A stretch of DNA of 64,000 nucleotides from Actinomycetota bacterium (GCA_046735375.1 JBKPTD010000001.1:884-64883); one strand, 5' to 3'. Positions 31,678 through 46,727 are shown, numbered from the stretch's first letter. Notes: a model not told the origin generated them from the letters alone. A program made the numbers and translations.

Positions 31678-32817
31678 ATGGTGGTCGATGGCAGGCCGCT
31701 GGCCGAGGCAAGAGTCGGCGCAAAAACCCGCCGACGGCGCGTAGTGATCACGTTGGCCAGCACCGCGGTCGTGGGCATGGCGATCGGGGGGACGGTCCTG
31801 GCCTCCATCCTTGGAGGCATTGCCGATCCCGGGCCACCGGCGGGGTCACCACCCGGCCCGATTGTGACGCCGCCGGGCACCAGACTCGTCGGCGCCGGCC
31901 ACGCAGCGATCGCGGTACCCAAGGAGTGGGGGACGAACAAGGCACTCTGCGGGGTGCCTCAGCAAGACACCGTCGTCATCGATGTGGCGGCAATCGAGGC
32001 CTGTCTACCCCGCCGCCCTCGCGGGGTCGATAGCGTCGAGATCCGGACGGGGCCGCCGCCTTTCTACTACCACGCGGACGAGACGACCCTGATCGACGGT
32101 GTGCCCGCCGAGCGGCAGAAGACCGCGTGCTCTCCCGGCGGCCGCCCTGTCTGCATCGGGATCACCTACCTTCCTTCTCTCGGGGTGATGTTCATCGCCG
32201 ACTCCTCGACCAGTCGGGCGGAGGTGGACCGCATCCTCAGCTGGATCCGGATCGTGCCCGACCGGATTGCCGTTCCTGGTGTTGACAAGATCAGGACGGA
32301 TGAACAGGGAGGCGCCCGGGCGACCTACGTTGACGTCCTGCACCGGGCGAGCCTGACCGCCGAGATCCACGCCAAGACGGTCCCCGGTAGCCCGGCCGGC
32401 TACATCCTCGCCGTTTCACCGGCGCCCGGGACGATGGTGGAGCCGGGCGCGGTGGTCATGGTGACCGTGGTCGCCGAGCCGCGAGGACCTGCCGACGAGG
32501 TCGACGTTGGCATGAATTCCGTCCACTACAACCCCAAGGAGGTGTACCACGACCTCGACGATTCGCAGATTCGCTCTGGCGCGACCATCAAGCTGCACGT
32601 CGGGGACTACATCTGGGCATACGCGACAGGCAAACGCGCCAGCACCCTCGCCGGCGAACTGGAGGGCACGTCGCTGGCCGTCAACGACTGCAAGAAATGC
32701 CCGAACTATCCGCACTCGTGGATCGCAGTCTCGCGGGGAGCGACCAAGATCACACTCACCATCACAGCCCACAGTCGGGCGGTCGTGCTCGGCACCGTCA
32801 CCGTTCTGGTCCGGTGA
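31678..32817 (+). CDS. membrane-anchored hypothetical protein with PASTA-like segment
   Basis: One N-terminal TM helix, a Pro-rich linker and a PASTA-like stretch (GYILAVSPAPGTMVEPGAVVMVTV). The C-terminus is Cys-containing. Confidence 0.5.
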   Translation: MVVDGRPLAEARVGAKTRRRRVVITLASTAVVGMAIGGTVLASILGGIADPGPPAGSPPGPIVTPPGTRLVGAGHAAIAVPKEWGTNKALCGVPQQDTVVIDVAAIEACLPRRPRGVDSVEIRTGPPPFYYHADETTLIDGVPAERQKTACSPGGRPVCIGITYLPSLGVMFIADSSTSRAEVDRILSWIRIVPDRIAVPGVDKIRTDEQGGARATYVDVLHRASLTAEIHAKTVPGSPAGYILAVSPAPGTMVEPGAVVMVTVVAEPRGPADEVDVGMNSVHYNPKEVYHDLDDSQIRSGATIKLHVGDYIWAYATGKRASTLAGELEGTSLAVNDCKKCPNYPHSWIAVSRGATKITLTITAHSRAVVLGTVTVLVR

Positions 32818-32832
32818 AGCAGAACCATCAGG

Positions 32833-33513
32833 TCAGTCCTTGAGCCACACGCGCAGCTGACCGACGCTGACAAAGCCCGTGCGGTGGGCAGCCGGCAGTC
32901 CTGCCTCCCCTTCGTAACCGACGAGCGGCAGACCGGGGAAGTGAGCGGAGATAGCGGCGATTGCGCCGGCCCACGCCCGCTCCTCGTCGCCTGTCACGGT
33001 GAACAGGTTGGAGACACCGACGACGGAGGCGCTGCGATTGCCTATCGCACCGGCCGCAATACCCTCACCGTCGTACGCAGCCACAATGGCGACGGCCGGG
33101 TCCCTGACCAACGCCGGTCGGAAGACCTCGCCGCCACCATGCGCCGCTGCCCAAGTCCGGAGCTCGTCGGGTGTCTGCACGATGTTCCAGCCCGGGGGAA
33201 CCACGGCTGGATGCTCCGCCGGCTCGCGGTAAATCCACTCAGCGTCGAAGAGCAGCCCGAAGCCCTCCAACGACAGGTCGACCGATGCGAAGCTGTCCTT
33301 GACAGAACATCCGGTCGAGCTGTCCACCCGGCCAACCACATCCCCGGCCGATAGACGATCGCTGAGTGTGACGGCGTCCGGGTACAACGGCGGCGACCGT
33401 CGATGCGCGACCCACATATCCGGTTCGAACATGGTGTCAATACCGTGCGTTCGACACACCAGGTCACACCACTCGGCGTTGTTTCTTGCGGCCGCGACGG
33501 CGCGCGAATCCAT
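32833..33513 (-). CDS. hypothetical protein
   Basis: 226-aa ORF with high GC3. No recognisable motif. Confidence 0.45.
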   Translation of the reverse strand: MDSRAVAAARNNAEWCDLVCRTHGIDTMFEPDMWVAHRRSPPLYPDAVTLSDRLSAGDVVGRVDSSTGCSVKDSFASVDLSLEGFGLLFDAEWIYREPAEHPAVVPPGWNIVQTPDELRTWAAAHGGGEVFRPALVRDPAVAIVAAYDGEGIAAGAIGNRSASVVGVSNLFTVTGDEERAWAGAIAAISAHFPGLPLVGYEGEAGLPAAHRTGFVSVGQLRVWLKD

Positions 33514-33581
33514 CGGCGCAGCATGGCATGCGTCCTGTCACCGCGCATTACAGACGAAGCTGAAAGGGCTGGCAGCTCTTC

Positions 33582-34019
33582 CTAGCCGTCTTGGGTGGCG
33601 GCGGCGCGGCTTATGACCTGGTCGAGAGGAACGTCGACACCGCGGCAGAGCGCAGGGAGGTCGAAGAAGATTTGCTCGCCTTGCATCTTCCCGTTCTTGA
33701 ACGGGACGACGTTGACGAAGGCACAGGTAAAGGTCTTGTGGGTGGGCGCGATGCCAAGCCACGGTCCATCCATCGTTCCCTGAACTGTCCCCCAGGTGAC
33801 GAAGACATCGTCGCCGAAGGCTTCGCCCACCGACGTTGGCGACAGATCAGGGAAGGCGGTGAACAGCGCCTCGTAGGATCGGCGCACTGCTTCGCGCCCT
33901 GATGCGCGCGTTCCAAGGGCGACGTTCTCGAGGAAGCAATCGTCGTCGAAGGTTGCGACCACGGCATCCAATTCACGCGCTTCCTCAACCTCGCGATGTT
34001 CGAGATACAGGCGCTTCAT
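33582..34019 (-). CDS. SnoaL-like / ester cyclase (NTF2-fold) family protein
   Basis: About 145 aa with the typical ester-cyclase pattern (LYLEHREVEEARELDAVVATFDDDCF…GREAVRRSYEALFTAFPDL). Confidence 0.65.
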   Translation of the reverse strand: MKRLYLEHREVEEARELDAVVATFDDDCFLENVALGTRASGREAVRRSYEALFTAFPDLSPTSVGEAFGDDVFVTWGTVQGTMDGPWLGIAPTHKTFTCAFVNVVPFKNGKMQGEQIFFDLPALCRGVDVPLDQVISRAAATQDG

Positions 34020-34188
34020 TTCATGGCGTTCCATCGATCCTCCCCCAAGGACGGCGAGCCGTCACCCGCCGACGATAGTTCCTCCGCCTTGCGCGACGAC
34101 GCCTAGGTCGGAGTCTGTCGGGTTGCCACACTCGTGCATGCGGTCCGCCGCACCACTACGTTGATGATCTGAAGATGGGAGGACAGCC

Positions 34189-34347
34189 ATGGAAACCCTG
34201 TTCGGTGTCGCGGCGCTCCTGGCCGGCATCGGTGTGCTCTGGCTCTGCTTCGCCCTTGGTGTTTTCTACTTCACCCGCACGGGGCGTGAGGGCATGCGGA
34301 TCCAGCGGATGGAAGACGAGCACCGCCAGCAGATGCGTCAGCAATAG
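34189..34347 (+). CDS. small (52 aa) single-TM membrane protein, not in the ORF track
   Basis: The ATG is preceded by GGAGGA at 5-nt spacing. A hydrophobic helix (LFGVAALLAGIGVLWLCFALGVFYF) is followed by a basic and acidic tail. Confidence 0.4.
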   Translation: METLFGVAALLAGIGVLWLCFALGVFYFTRTGREGMRIQRMEDEHRQQMRQQ

Positions 34348-34365
34348 GTCGCCGGTCGCGGCCTC

Positions 34366-35382
34366 TCAACGAGACCCGTCGCCAGCTGGGCCGTCCGCTG
34401 AGCTGCTCCGCAGCCGCTCCCGGAACGACTGGAGGATCTCGCTGGGATCCGGGCGGATGAAGCCGTTCTGCTTCGCCTTCGCACCAAACCTGCCGTGCGC
34501 GCCGAAGTCCCGGCCGCTCGGGCCGTCCAGGGGGTCCCATAGGTTGTGAGGCCGCTGCGGATCTTCCGGCTCCTTCGTCTGTTGCGAGCTGTAGCCGGCG
34601 CGTGCGAGGTAGCGATCCAGAACACCGCCCGCGACCTTGTTGGCTGCGACGGTCGCCACCGTGGTTCCACCGATCCAGTACTCGCGGCGCTCCGGGTGCT
34701 CCGAGGCGTACACCACAGCCCGTGCCGCGATCTCGGGCGCGTAGATCGGCGGCACGGGCTGTGGTCGATAGGGGAGGCGCGAGAGCACCCAGTCGAACTG
34801 CGGTGTATTCAGGGCGGGAAGCTGGACCATGGTGAGCCCGATCTTCCTGCGATCGTGGAAGAGCTCCGTGCGCAGTGACTCAGTGAAGCCCTGGATCGCG
34901 TGCTTGGCGCCGCAGTATGCCGACTGGAGCGGTATCGCCCGGTGTGCCAGAGCGGAGCCGACCTGGACGATGACACCGGCGTCGCGCGGGATCATCCGGC
35001 GCAGCGCCGCCATGGTGCCGTAGACGGTGCCCAAGTAGGTGACCTCCGTCACGCGGCGGAACTCGGCGGGTTCGACCATGTCGACGGGTGCGAACACCGA
35101 AGCCATCGCGTTATTGACCCAGACGTCGATCGGACCCAGCTCGGACTCGATGTGCTGTGCTGCCGCTTCCAAGGCATCGGCGTCTGCGACATCTGCCTGG
35201 ATGGTCAACGCCTGGCCGCCCGCTTGCTCGACATCCTTAGCGGCGCCGGTCAGTCCCGTCTCGCCGCGGGCGATGAGGCCGACCATGTCGCCCCTTGCGC
35301 CGAATGCCTGCGCGGTCGCCCGCCCGGCACCCGCGCTCGCCCCGGTAACGACGACGACCTTCGGCTTTTGATCCGCGCCCAT
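34366..35382 (-). CDS. SDR-family oxidoreductase
   Basis: TGASAGAGRA Rossmann motif and catalytic YxxxK (YCGAKHA). Confidence 0.85.
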   Translation of the reverse strand: MGADQKPKVVVVTGASAGAGRATAQAFGARGDMVGLIARGETGLTGAAKDVEQAGGQALTIQADVADADALEAAAQHIESELGPIDVWVNNAMASVFAPVDMVEPAEFRRVTEVTYLGTVYGTMAALRRMIPRDAGVIVQVGSALAHRAIPLQSAYCGAKHAIQGFTESLRTELFHDRRKIGLTMVQLPALNTPQFDWVLSRLPYRPQPVPPIYAPEIAARAVVYASEHPERREYWIGGTTVATVAANKVAGGVLDRYLARAGYSSQQTKEPEDPQRPHNLWDPLDGPSGRDFGAHGRFGAKAKQNGFIRPDPSEILQSFRERLRSSSADGPAGDGSR

Positions 35383-35476
35383 GGGTCCGTCCTCCCTGCT
35401 CTTGCACGGGCACCGGTCTACCGCAGCTAGCGACGACCAAACGTCAGGTCGACTCGCTTCATGCAGGGCGGGCCAG

Positions 35477-36697
35477 TCAGGCGGGGATGTCTGCTAGAGC
35501 GGCAGCGGCAACGGCGGTTCGCCGGGCGTGAACCGCAGGAGCAAGAGCAACGATGATCGCTGCGGACGCAGCGCAGACGACGAAGCAACCGGCCCACAAG
35601 GTCACCTCGCCAAGGCTCTGGAAGACCCTGGTGCCCGCGAGCGGCGCCACGAAGGCAGCCGCACCGAACGCGACTCCGACGGCCGCGCTGTAGCGGCCAC
35701 GCAGAGCGGGTGGCGCAATGTCGGCGATGAGCGCCGGGCCGACCGCGTTGAAGCCGATCTCGCCCAGCGTCCACACCACCACCGTTGCCGCGAAAACGGG
35801 CAGCGTGTCCGCGAAGGTGGTCAGCCAGAACCCAAAGCCCATGATCAAGGATGAGCCGACGAGGAGCGGTATGGGAGCCAGCCGATCGACAGCCCACAGC
35901 ACGAGCGGCTGAACCGCGATGACAGTGATCGGATTCACCGCGTAGACAACACCGAAATCACCCGGGCCGTATCCATCAGCACGCATCGCGAGCGGAAGGG
36001 TCACCATGTACTGCATATAGACGACCGAGGTGAGCAGCACAGAGCTGACCAGGCCGAGGAGCACGCCATCGCGCAAGACGGGGCCGTAGCCGTGATCGTC
36101 CTGGCTCGCCGTTTCGACCTTGGTCTCGGGAACGAATCGCGCAATGAGCAGCGCGAAGATCAGGCACGTCAGCGCGTCCAAAACGAACAGCAGCCAGAAG
36201 GACCGATTAGCGAGGTAGCCCCCGGCAACGCCGGCCACCGCAACGCCGAGGTTGATGGCCCAGTAGAGCAGTGCGAACGCCCGTGGCCGCCGCGCGGGCG
36301 TGACCAGGTCGGCGACAAGGGCGGCCACAGCCGGCCGATATGCGTCGACCATCAGCCCGGCGATGACGGCTGCAATGGCGATGAACACCAGATCTCGTGC
36401 GACCGCGAACAGCATGAATGCGGCCGCAGTGCCCAGCATGCTGGCCACCAGTGTCGCCCGGCGCCCGACCCGGTCGGCGAAATAACCGCCGATCGGCTGC
36501 GAGATGAACGAACCGAGCCCGAAACAGGCGACCACCGTGCCGACCGTCGACGCGTTCAGATCCCGCGGCCCCGCGAGGTAGAGAGCGAGGAACGGCTCGA
36601 CGAAAAACCCGATCCGGTTGACAAAGGTGCCGACGAGCAGCACCCAGAACGGCCGCGGCAACCCCTCGGCCGTACGAACCCACCACGCTCGGAACAC
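35477..36697 (-). CDS. MFS transporter
   Basis: 406 aa with 12 predicted TM segments. An MFS motif (GGYFADRVGRR) is present. Confidence 0.8.
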   Translation of the reverse strand: MFRAWWVRTAEGLPRPFWVLLVGTFVNRIGFFVEPFLALYLAGPRDLNASTVGTVVACFGLGSFISQPIGGYFADRVGRRATLVASMLGTAAAFMLFAVARDLVFIAIAAVIAGLMVDAYRPAVAALVADLVTPARRPRAFALLYWAINLGVAVAGVAGGYLANRSFWLLFVLDALTCLIFALLIARFVPETKVETASQDDHGYGPVLRDGVLLGLVSSVLLTSVVYMQYMVTLPLAMRADGYGPGDFGVVYAVNPITVIAVQPLVLWAVDRLAPIPLLVGSSLIMGFGFWLTTFADTLPVFAATVVVWTLGEIGFNAVGPALIADIAPPALRGRYSAAVGVAFGAAAFVAPLAGTRVFQSLGEVTLWAGCFVVCAASAAIIVALAPAVHARRTAVAAAALADIPA

Positions 36698-36741
36698 GAT
36701 CTATGACGCTATCCGCCGGCACCGACAGCAACGGCGAGCCG

Positions 36742-38271
36742 TCAGCCGGAGACACCAAGACGGGCGAAGATCAGCTCGCGTACCCGAGCGGCGTCGGCCT
36801 GACCGCGGGTCGCCTTCATGACCGCACCGACCAATGCGCCAGCCGCAGCGGTCTTTCCGGACCGTACCTTCTCGGCAATGTCAGGGTTGGCCGCGATCGC
36901 TTCGTCGACGGCAGCGCCGAGTGCGGAGTCATCGCTGACGACTGCGAGGCCCCGCGCGGCGACGATCTCGTCCGGTGACCCGTCTCCGGCCAGCACGCCC
37001 TCGATGACCTGCCTGGCGAGCTGATCGTTCAGCTTTCCCTGGGCAACCAGCTCCACCACCCGCGCGACATCGGCGGGGCTGATGCGCAGCGCGGACACCT
37101 CGGTGCCTGTCTCGTTGGCATGGCGGGCGAGCTCTCCGAGCCACCATTTGCGCGCCTCGGCAGGGGGTGCGCCGGCCGCGACCGTCGCCTCGACCGAGTC
37201 GAGCGCCCCGGCGTTGACCAGCGCGTCCATATCGCGTGGCGACAGACCCCACACGTCGGCGAGGCGCCGGCGGCGCGCGGTCGGCAGCTCGGGAAGCGAC
37301 GCACGCAGCTCCTCAACCCATTCGCGGGACGGGGCGAGCGGTACCAGGTCGGGGTCGGGGAAGTAGCGGTAGTCCTGCGCCTCTTCCTTGCTCCGGCCGG
37401 GCGTCGTCACGCCGGTCTCCTCATGCCAGTGGCGGGTCTCCTGGACGACTCGGCCGCCAGCGGCCAGGATTCCGGCCTGGCGTTCGATCTCGTAGCGGAG
37501 CGCGCGCTCGATCGACCGCAGCGAGTTGACGTTCTTCGTCTCGGTTCGCTTCCCCCACTCACTGGCCCCGCGCGGCGCGAGAGACACGTTGGCGTCGCAG
37601 CGCAGCGAACCCTCCTCCATCCGTACGTCAGAGACGCCGAGGGTGCGGCAGATCTCCCGGAGTTCGGTGACGTAGGCCCGGGCGACCTCCGGCGCCAGCG
37701 CGCTCGTGCCCGGTACCGGCTTGGTCACGATCTCTACCAATGGAATCCCGGCCCGGTTGTAGTCGACGAGCGAGTAGTCGGCGCCGTGTATCCGACCGGT
37801 CGCACCCCCGACGTGAAGCGTTTTGCCGGTGTCCTCCTCGAGGTGCACCCGCTCGATGTCGACCCGGAAGGTGCGCGGACCGTCCCCCGTGTCGAGCTCG
37901 ACATCGAGCCAGCCTTCGGTACAGAGCGGCTCGTCGTACTGCGAGATCTGATAGTTCTTCGGCATGTCGGGATAGAAGTAGTTCTTGCGCGCAAACCGGC
38001 ACCACTCTGCGATCGAACAGTTGAGGGCCAGGCCGATCTTGATCGTGGAATCGACCGCTGACCTATTGGCGACCGGCAGTGACCCTGGCAAGCCGAGGCA
38101 GATCGGGCAGACCTGGGTGTTGGGAGCCGCCCCGAACACAGTCGAGCAGGCGCAAAACATCTTGGAGGCGGTGCCGAGCTCGACGTGGACCTCGAGCCCG
38201 ATCACCGGGTCGTAATCGGCCACTGCCTTCGAATAAGGCAGGAGCGCCGTCGTTTCCACCACATTGGTCAC
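36742..38271 (-). CDS. gatB: Asp-tRNA(Asn)/Glu-tRNA(Gln) amidotransferase subunit B
   Basis: 509 aa. GatB/YqeY pattern ([10 protein letters not shown]…, C-terminal GatB_Yqey). Confidence 0.9.
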   Translation of the reverse strand: MTNVVETTALLPYSKAVADYDPVIGLEVHVELGTASKMFCACSTVFGAAPNTQVCPICLGLPGSLPVANRSAVDSTIKIGLALNCSIAEWCRFARKNYFYPDMPKNYQISQYDEPLCTEGWLDVELDTGDGPRTFRVDIERVHLEEDTGKTLHVGGATGRIHGADYSLVDYNRAGIPLVEIVTKPVPGTSALAPEVARAYVTELREICRTLGVSDVRMEEGSLRCDANVSLAPRGASEWGKRTETKNVNSLRSIERALRYEIERQAGILAAGGRVVQETRHWHEETGVTTPGRSKEEAQDYRYFPDPDLVPLAPSREWVEELRASLPELPTARRRRLADVWGLSPRDMDALVNAGALDSVEATVAAGAPPAEARKWWLGELARHANETGTEVSALRISPADVARVVELVAQGKLNDQLARQVIEGVLAGDGSPDEIVAARGLAVVSDDSALGAAVDEAIAANPDIAEKVRSGKTAAAGALVGAVMKATRGQADAARVRELIFARLGVSG

Positions 38272-39770
38272 AGGGACGGCGCCTCCTCCAGAAGGGGATG
38301 ACCCCAGACGTCCCGGAGCGCGGCCTCGACCGCCGCACCCACTCGGTAGACGCGCTCATCAGCGAGCGTGGGAGCCATGATTTGCAAACCCACCGGCAGG
38401 CCGTCCTCCGGCGCGAGCCCACACGGAAGCGACATCGCCGCGTTGCCCGCGAGGTTCGCCGGGATCGTGCAAAGGTCCGCGAGATACATCGCCATGGGGT
38501 CGTCGACTCGCTCGCCGATCGTGAATGCCGTCGTCGGAGTGGTCGGCGACACGAGAACGTCCACCGACTCGAAGGCACGGTCGAAGTCCCTGGTGATGAG
38601 CGTGCGCACCTTCTGTGCCTGGCCGTAGTAGGCGTCGTAGTAGCCGGAGGACAGCGCGTACGTGCCGAGCATGATGCGCCGCTTAACCTCAGGGCCGAAT
38701 CCGGCAGCCCGCGTCAAGGCCATCACCTCTTCGGTGCTGCGCGTGCCGTCATCCCCGACCCGCAGGCCGTAGCGCATCCCGTCGAAGCGGGCCAGGTTGG
38801 ACGAGCATTCGCTGGGAGCGATGAGGTAGTAGGCGGGAAGCGCGTAGACGAAGTGGGGGCAGGACACCTCGATGACATCGGCGCCTAGCTTGGCCAGCAA
38901 CTCAACCGCCTCGTGGAAGCGCTGCTCGACGCCGGCCTGGTAGCCCGCGCCTGACAGTTCCTTGACCACGCCGACCCGCAGGCCGGTCACGTCGGCGATG
39001 TGCGCCGCTTCGGCGACCGGCGGGACCGGTGCGTCGATTGAGGTCGAGTCGAGCGGGTCATGGCCGGCGATCACCTCGTGCAGCAACGCCGCATCGAGGA
39101 CGGTGCGGGCAAGCGGCCCTGCCTGATCGAGGCTGGACGAGAAAGCCACCAGGCCGTAGCGAGACACTCCGCCGTAGGTCGGCTTGACGCCCACCACGCC
39201 GGTCACCGCCGCCGGCTGGCGGATCGAGCCCCCAGTGTCGGTCCCGATGCCCAGCGGAGCCTGATATGACGAGACAGCGGCACTGGACCCACCCGACGAA
39301 CCGCCGGGGATCCGGCCGAGATTCCAGGGGTTATGGGTTGGGCCGTACGCGGAATTCTCGGTGGACGAGCCCATCGCGAACTCGTCCATGTTGGTCTTGC
39401 CAAGAACCACCACGCCTGCGTCGCGCAACCGACACACAACCGTTGAGTCAAACGGTGGGCGCCATCCCTCGAGGATCCTCGATCCGCAGGTCGTGGGCAC
39501 GCCCTTCTGTGTGAAGACGTCTTTCAGCGCCAGCGGCACACCGGCGAGCGAGCCAAGCCGCTCTCCATTCGCGCGCTTCGCGTCGACCGCTCTCGCAGCG
39601 GCCAAGGCGCCCTCGCGATCGACATGTAGGAAGGCATGCACTCTCTCGTCCACGGCGGCGATCCGGTCGAGGTGCACCTGCGCAACCTCGACGGCGGAGA
39701 TCTCACCCGAGGCGATCGCGGCCGCGATCTCGGAGGCCGACAGCCTCGTCAGGTCGGTCACACCGATCAC
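38268..39770 (-). CDS. gatA: Glu-tRNA(Gln) amidotransferase subunit A
   Basis: Amidase-signature Gly/Ser-rich motif ([11 protein letters not shown]). Confidence 0.9.
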   Translation of the reverse strand: MIGVTDLTRLSASEIAAAIASGEISAVEVAQVHLDRIAAVDERVHAFLHVDREGALAAARAVDAKRANGERLGSLAGVPLALKDVFTQKGVPTTCGSRILEGWRPPFDSTVVCRLRDAGVVVLGKTNMDEFAMGSSTENSAYGPTHNPWNLGRIPGGSSGGSSAAVSSYQAPLGIGTDTGGSIRQPAAVTGVVGVKPTYGGVSRYGLVAFSSSLDQAGPLARTVLDAALLHEVIAGHDPLDSTSIDAPVPPVAEAAHIADVTGLRVGVVKELSGAGYQAGVEQRFHEAVELLAKLGADVIEVSCPHFVYALPAYYLIAPSECSSNLARFDGMRYGLRVGDDGTRSTEEVMALTRAAGFGPEVKRRIMLGTYALSSGYYDAYYGQAQKVRTLITRDFDRAFESVDVLVSPTTPTTAFTIGERVDDPMAMYLADLCTIPANLAGNAAMSLPCGLAPEDGLPVGLQIMAPTLADERVYRVGAAVEAALRDVWGHPLLEEAPSL

Positions 39771-40060
39771 TCCTCATCCAGGATCCGGGGGACCCGGAAC
39801 CTGCCGTCCTCGGCGGCCGGCGCTGCAGCGAGCACTTCCTCAGGTGACAGGCATGGACCAACCTCGTCTTCGCGCAGGACATTGGTCAGCGGGACGGAAT
39901 GAGAGGTCGGTGGGATGTCATCGGCGGCGACCTCGGCCACCCTGGCCACGGCCCCGATGATCACATCGAGCTGGGTAGCGAAGTGGTCGAGCTCCTCCTC
40001 GCCCAGGTCGATCCGAGCGAGTCTGGCCAGATGTGCCACCTCGGCACGGGTGATGGCCAT
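39767..40060 (-). CDS. gatC: Glu-tRNA(Gln) amidotransferase subunit C
   Basis: 97 aa ([24 protein letters not shown]…). It sits immediately upstream of gatA with overlapping stop/start. Confidence 0.85.
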   Translation of the reverse strand: MAITRAEVAHLARLARIDLGEEELDHFATQLDVIIGAVARVAEVAADDIPPTSHSVPLTNVLREDEVGPCLSPEEVLAAAPAAEDGRFRVPRILDEE

Positions 40061-40144
40061 GGATCAGCTGCTCCTTGCCTGGTCGGGAACCTCGCCATCG
40101 TAGAGCCTGGAGCCTGGCGATCTCGCATGGAATTAGTGCCGGCG

Positions 40145-43265
<3,121 letters not shown>

Positions 43266-43308
43266 AGCCCAGAGAGTAGAAGAACCCGAACGGGGCGGTG
43301 GACGACTG

Positions 43309-44415
43309 TCAGGCGGCGGTTCTGGCGGCGGCTGCGATGGTCGCCGAGCCGATCACCCGCGTGCGGTCGTACAGCACGATCGCCTGCCCGGGGGCGACAC
43401 CCCGGGCCGGCCGGTGCAGGCGTACCCGCAGTTCGCTCCCGATCAAGCGGGCCCGGGCAGGGACCGGCGCTCCGTGGGCACGAACCTGGGCAGAGCACGA
43501 GACCTCGCCCTCCGGTGCTGGACCGCACCACCGCGGCCTGAGGCCGACCACCTCGTCGACATCGAGCATCTCCGCCGGGCCAACCGTGACCGTGCGCCGA
43601 ACCGGCGAGATGTCCAGGACATAGCGGGGCTTACCGTCCGCTGCTGGAGTCCCGATCCGCAGCCCGCGGCGCTGCCCGATGGTGAACGTGTGCGTGCCTT
43701 GATGGGTGCCGAGGACGGCACCGGTGTGGTCGACGATCTCGCCGGGCGCCTCGCCGAGGCGGCCGCTGAGGAAACCCGCTGTGTCACCGTCCGCGATGAA
43801 GCAGATGTCATGACTGTCAGGCTTCTCAGCGACTGCGAGCCCCCGCCGCGCCGCCTCCGCGCGAACGGCAGCCTTCGTGGATCCGCCAACCGGGAACAGT
43901 GCGCCGGCGAGCTGACCAGCCGTGAGCACGCCGAGCACGTAGGACTGATCCTTGTCGGGGTCCGCCGAGCGGTGCAGCTCGCGGCCGCCCGCGGCCGTCT
44001 CCACGATCTTCGCGTAGTGCCCGGTGCAGACCGCGTCGAAGCCGAGCGCGAGCGCGCGGTCGAGCACCGCCGCGAACTTGATCTTCTCGTTGCAGCGCAG
44101 GCAGGGATTGGGCGTGCGACCGGCGGCGTACTCGGCCACGAAATCGTCGATGACGTCTTCGCGAAAGCGCTCAGCCAGATCCCAGACGTAGAAGGGTATT
44201 CCGATCACGTCGGCCGCCCGGCGGGCATCCCTCGCGTCCTCCAGCGTGCAGCAGCCGCGCGCACCGGTGCGGAACGACGCGGGGTTGCTCGAGAGCGCGA
44301 GATGCACCCCGACAACGTCGTAGCCGGCGTCTGCGGCACGGGCAGCCGCGACGGCCGAATCCACGCCGCCGGACATGGCGGCAAGCACGCGCAGGGGTCG
44401 ATTCTGGCTGGTCAT
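43309..44415 (-). CDS. mnmA: tRNA 2-thiouridine(34) synthase
   Basis: PP-loop SGGVDS. Catalytic Cys region is conserved. Confidence 0.9.
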   Translation of the reverse strand: MTSQNRPLRVLAAMSGGVDSAVAAARAADAGYDVVGVHLALSSNPASFRTGARGCCTLEDARDARRAADVIGIPFYVWDLAERFREDVIDDFVAEYAAGRTPNPCLRCNEKIKFAAVLDRALALGFDAVCTGHYAKIVETAAGGRELHRSADPDKDQSYVLGVLTAGQLAGALFPVGGSTKAAVRAEAARRGLAVAEKPDSHDICFIADGDTAGFLSGRLGEAPGEIVDHTGAVLGTHQGTHTFTIGQRRGLRIGTPAADGKPRYVLDISPVRRTVTVGPAEMLDVDEVVGLRPRWCGPAPEGEVSCSAQVRAHGAPVPARARLIGSELRVRLHRPARGVAPGQAIVLYDRTRVIGSATIAAAARTAA

Positions 44416-44455
44416 CTCGGTGTACGAGGGTAGTCGACGGCACCGGGCCGACGTG

Positions 44456-45661
44456 TCAGACAGTGTGATCGGTCGTCTTGGGCCCGTTCTTCAGGCCCGC
44501 ACGATGGGCACGCTCGACCACTGGAGCGATCGCGTCGACCAGGGCATCGACATCGGCCTGGGTAGAGGTATGCCCGAGGGAGAAGCGGAGTGAGCCGCGA
44601 GCCCGCTCCTCGGCCTGACCCATCGCCAACAGGACGTGGCTGGGCTGCGCGATGCCAGCTGAGCAGGCCGAACCGGTCGAACACTCGATGCCGCGCGCGT
44701 CAAGGAGCATGAGCAGTGCATCGCCCTCGCACCCCGGGAACGAGAAATGTGCGTTGCCGGGCAGCCTGCCCTCGACGTCGGGATCTGGGTCACCGTTGAG
44801 CACCGCCTCGGGCACCGCCTCGACGATCCCGCGGATGAGGTCCTCCCGAAGCCGCATGAGCTGCTCAGCGCGCTCTGCCTGCCGTTTGACGGCGAGCTCC
44901 GCGGCCACGGCCAGCGCCGCGATGGCGGGCGTGTCCAGGGTGCCGGAACGGATGTCGCGCTCTTGCCCACCGCCGTGAAGGACCGGGACCGGGGTCAGGT
45001 CGTGGCCGAGCAGCAGCACGCCGACACCGATCGGTCCACCGATCTTGTGACCGGTCACGGTCATCGCGTCCAAGCCGGCGGCCGCGAAGTCCACCGGGAG
45101 CTGGCCCACCGCTTGGACTGCGTCGGAATGGATTGGCACTCCGTACGTCCGCGCGATCTTGGTCAGCTCCGCAATCGGCTGTACGGTGCCGACCTCGTTG
45201 TTTGCCCACATCACCGAGACCAGCGCGGCTGAGTGGGGATCCCGTTCGAGTGCCTCCCTGAGGGCCTCCGGGTCTACGCGGCCGAGCCGATCGACGGGCA
45301 GCAGCTCGATCTCGGCGCCCTCGTGCTCACCCAGCCAGTGCGCTGAATCGAGTACCGCATGATGCTCGACCGCGGAGACGATCACCCGCCGGCGCTGAGC
45401 ATCCTCCGCACGTCGCGACCAGTAGAGGCCCTTGATCGCGAGATTGTCCGCTTCGGTTCCGCCCCCGGTGAAGATCACCTCCGAGGGCCGGGCGCCGAGC
45501 GCCTGCGCCACCGCCTCCCTGGCCTCCTCGACGACTCGGCGTGCAGCGCGTCCCGAGCAATGCAATGAGGACGGGTTGCCGAGCCGCCCGAGATGAGCCG
45601 TCATGGCCTCGATTGCCTCGGGGAGCATCGGGGTGGTCGCGGCGTGATCTAGATAGGGCAT
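44456..45661 (-). CDS. cysteine desulfurase (class V aminotransferase, IscS-like)
   Basis: PLP-binding pattern (…[13 protein letters not shown]…) and active-site Cys region (…STGSACSAG…). Confidence 0.85.
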   Translation of the reverse strand: MPYLDHAATTPMLPEAIEAMTAHLGRLGNPSSLHCSGRAARRVVEEAREAVAQALGARPSEVIFTGGGTEADNLAIKGLYWSRRAEDAQRRRVIVSAVEHHAVLDSAHWLGEHEGAEIELLPVDRLGRVDPEALREALERDPHSAALVSVMWANNEVGTVQPIAELTKIARTYGVPIHSDAVQAVGQLPVDFAAAGLDAMTVTGHKIGGPIGVGVLLLGHDLTPVPVLHGGGQERDIRSGTLDTPAIAALAVAAELAVKRQAERAEQLMRLREDLIRGIVEAVPEAVLNGDPDPDVEGRLPGNAHFSFPGCEGDALLMLLDARGIECSTGSACSAGIAQPSHVLLAMGQAEERARGSLRFSLGHTSTQADVDALVDAIAPVVERAHRAGLKNGPKTTDHTV

Positions 45662-45744
45662 ATCGCCCGCAAGCCTAGCCCGCGGGCAGAATTACCTCGA
45701 CCGGCGAAATCTCGCCACTGTGCCGTGCACTGCCCGTGGCCCGG

Positions 45745-46704
45745 TCATGCCTTGCGGCGGCGGACTTCCGCGGTGAGCTGGGGAACGACCTGATGCAGGT
45801 CGCCGACCACGCCGAAGTCGACCAGCTCGAAGATCGGCGCCTCCGGGTCCTTGTTCACCGCGACGATCGTCTTCGATGTCTGCATCCCCGCCCGGTGCTG
45901 GATCGCGCCTGAGATGCCACAGGCGATATAGAGCTGCGGCGATACGGTCTTGCCGGTCTGTCCCACCTGGTGCTGGTGCGGATACCAGCCTGCGTCGGTG
46001 GCGGCCCTGGAGGCGCCGACAGCTGCGCCGAGTGAGTCTGCCAGCTCCTCGATGATCGAGAAGTTCTCCGCCGAGCCGACCCCGCGGCCGCCCGACACAA
46101 CGATCGCGGCCTCGGTGAGTTCGGGCCGAGAGCCGGTCTCTACCACGACCCGATCGACGACCCGAGCCTGCCGAGCTGCATCTGACAACTCCACCGAAAC
46201 GTCGATCTGCTCTGCGGCGGCCGACACGTCCGCGGCTACCGGTGAGGTCGCATTCGGTCGCATCGTGATGATCGGCAGTCCCTTGGTGACCCGCGAGTGG
46301 ACGATGGACGAACCGCCGAAGATCGACTGCTCGGCGACGAAGCCTTCGCCGAGACTCACCGCGTCGGTCAGGACGCCTGAATCGATCTTCAAGGCCAGCC
46401 GGGCTGCGACTTCCTTGCCCTCCGCGGTAGAGGCGACGATCACGGCGTCCGGTGCTGCGGTAGTGACCAGCGACGCGAGCAGCTCGGCCGTAGGTGCCAC
46501 CACGTACTCGGTGAGCTCGGGCGCCTCTGCAACGTAGACCTTCGCCGCGCCGTACTCGGCGAGGCGGGGCGCCGCGGTCTCGAAGCCGGCCCCGACGAAG
46601 ACGGCCGCCGGCGTGCCGAGCGCCCGCGCCGCAGTCAGCAGCTCCAATGTGACCTTCTTGAGCGCGCCCGCGTCGTGCTCGACCAGGACGAGGATCTCAC
46701 CCAT
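45745..46704 (-). CDS. etfA: electron transfer flavoprotein alpha subunit
   Basis: FAD-binding C-terminal motif (…[19 protein letters not shown]…). Confidence 0.9.
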   Translation of the reverse strand: MGEILVLVEHDAGALKKVTLELLTAARALGTPAAVFVGAGFETAAPRLAEYGAAKVYVAEAPELTEYVVAPTAELLASLVTTAAPDAVIVASTAEGKEVAARLALKIDSGVLTDAVSLGEGFVAEQSIFGGSSIVHSRVTKGLPIITMRPNATSPVAADVSAAAEQIDVSVELSDAARQARVVDRVVVETGSRPELTEAAIVVSGGRGVGSAENFSIIEELADSLGAAVGASRAATDAGWYPHQHQVGQTGKTVSPQLYIACGISGAIQHRAGMQTSKTIVAVNKDPEAPIFELVDFGVVGDLHQVVPQLTAEVRRRKA

Positions 46705-46727
46705 CGTGTTCGCGTACCTCTCAGTGC

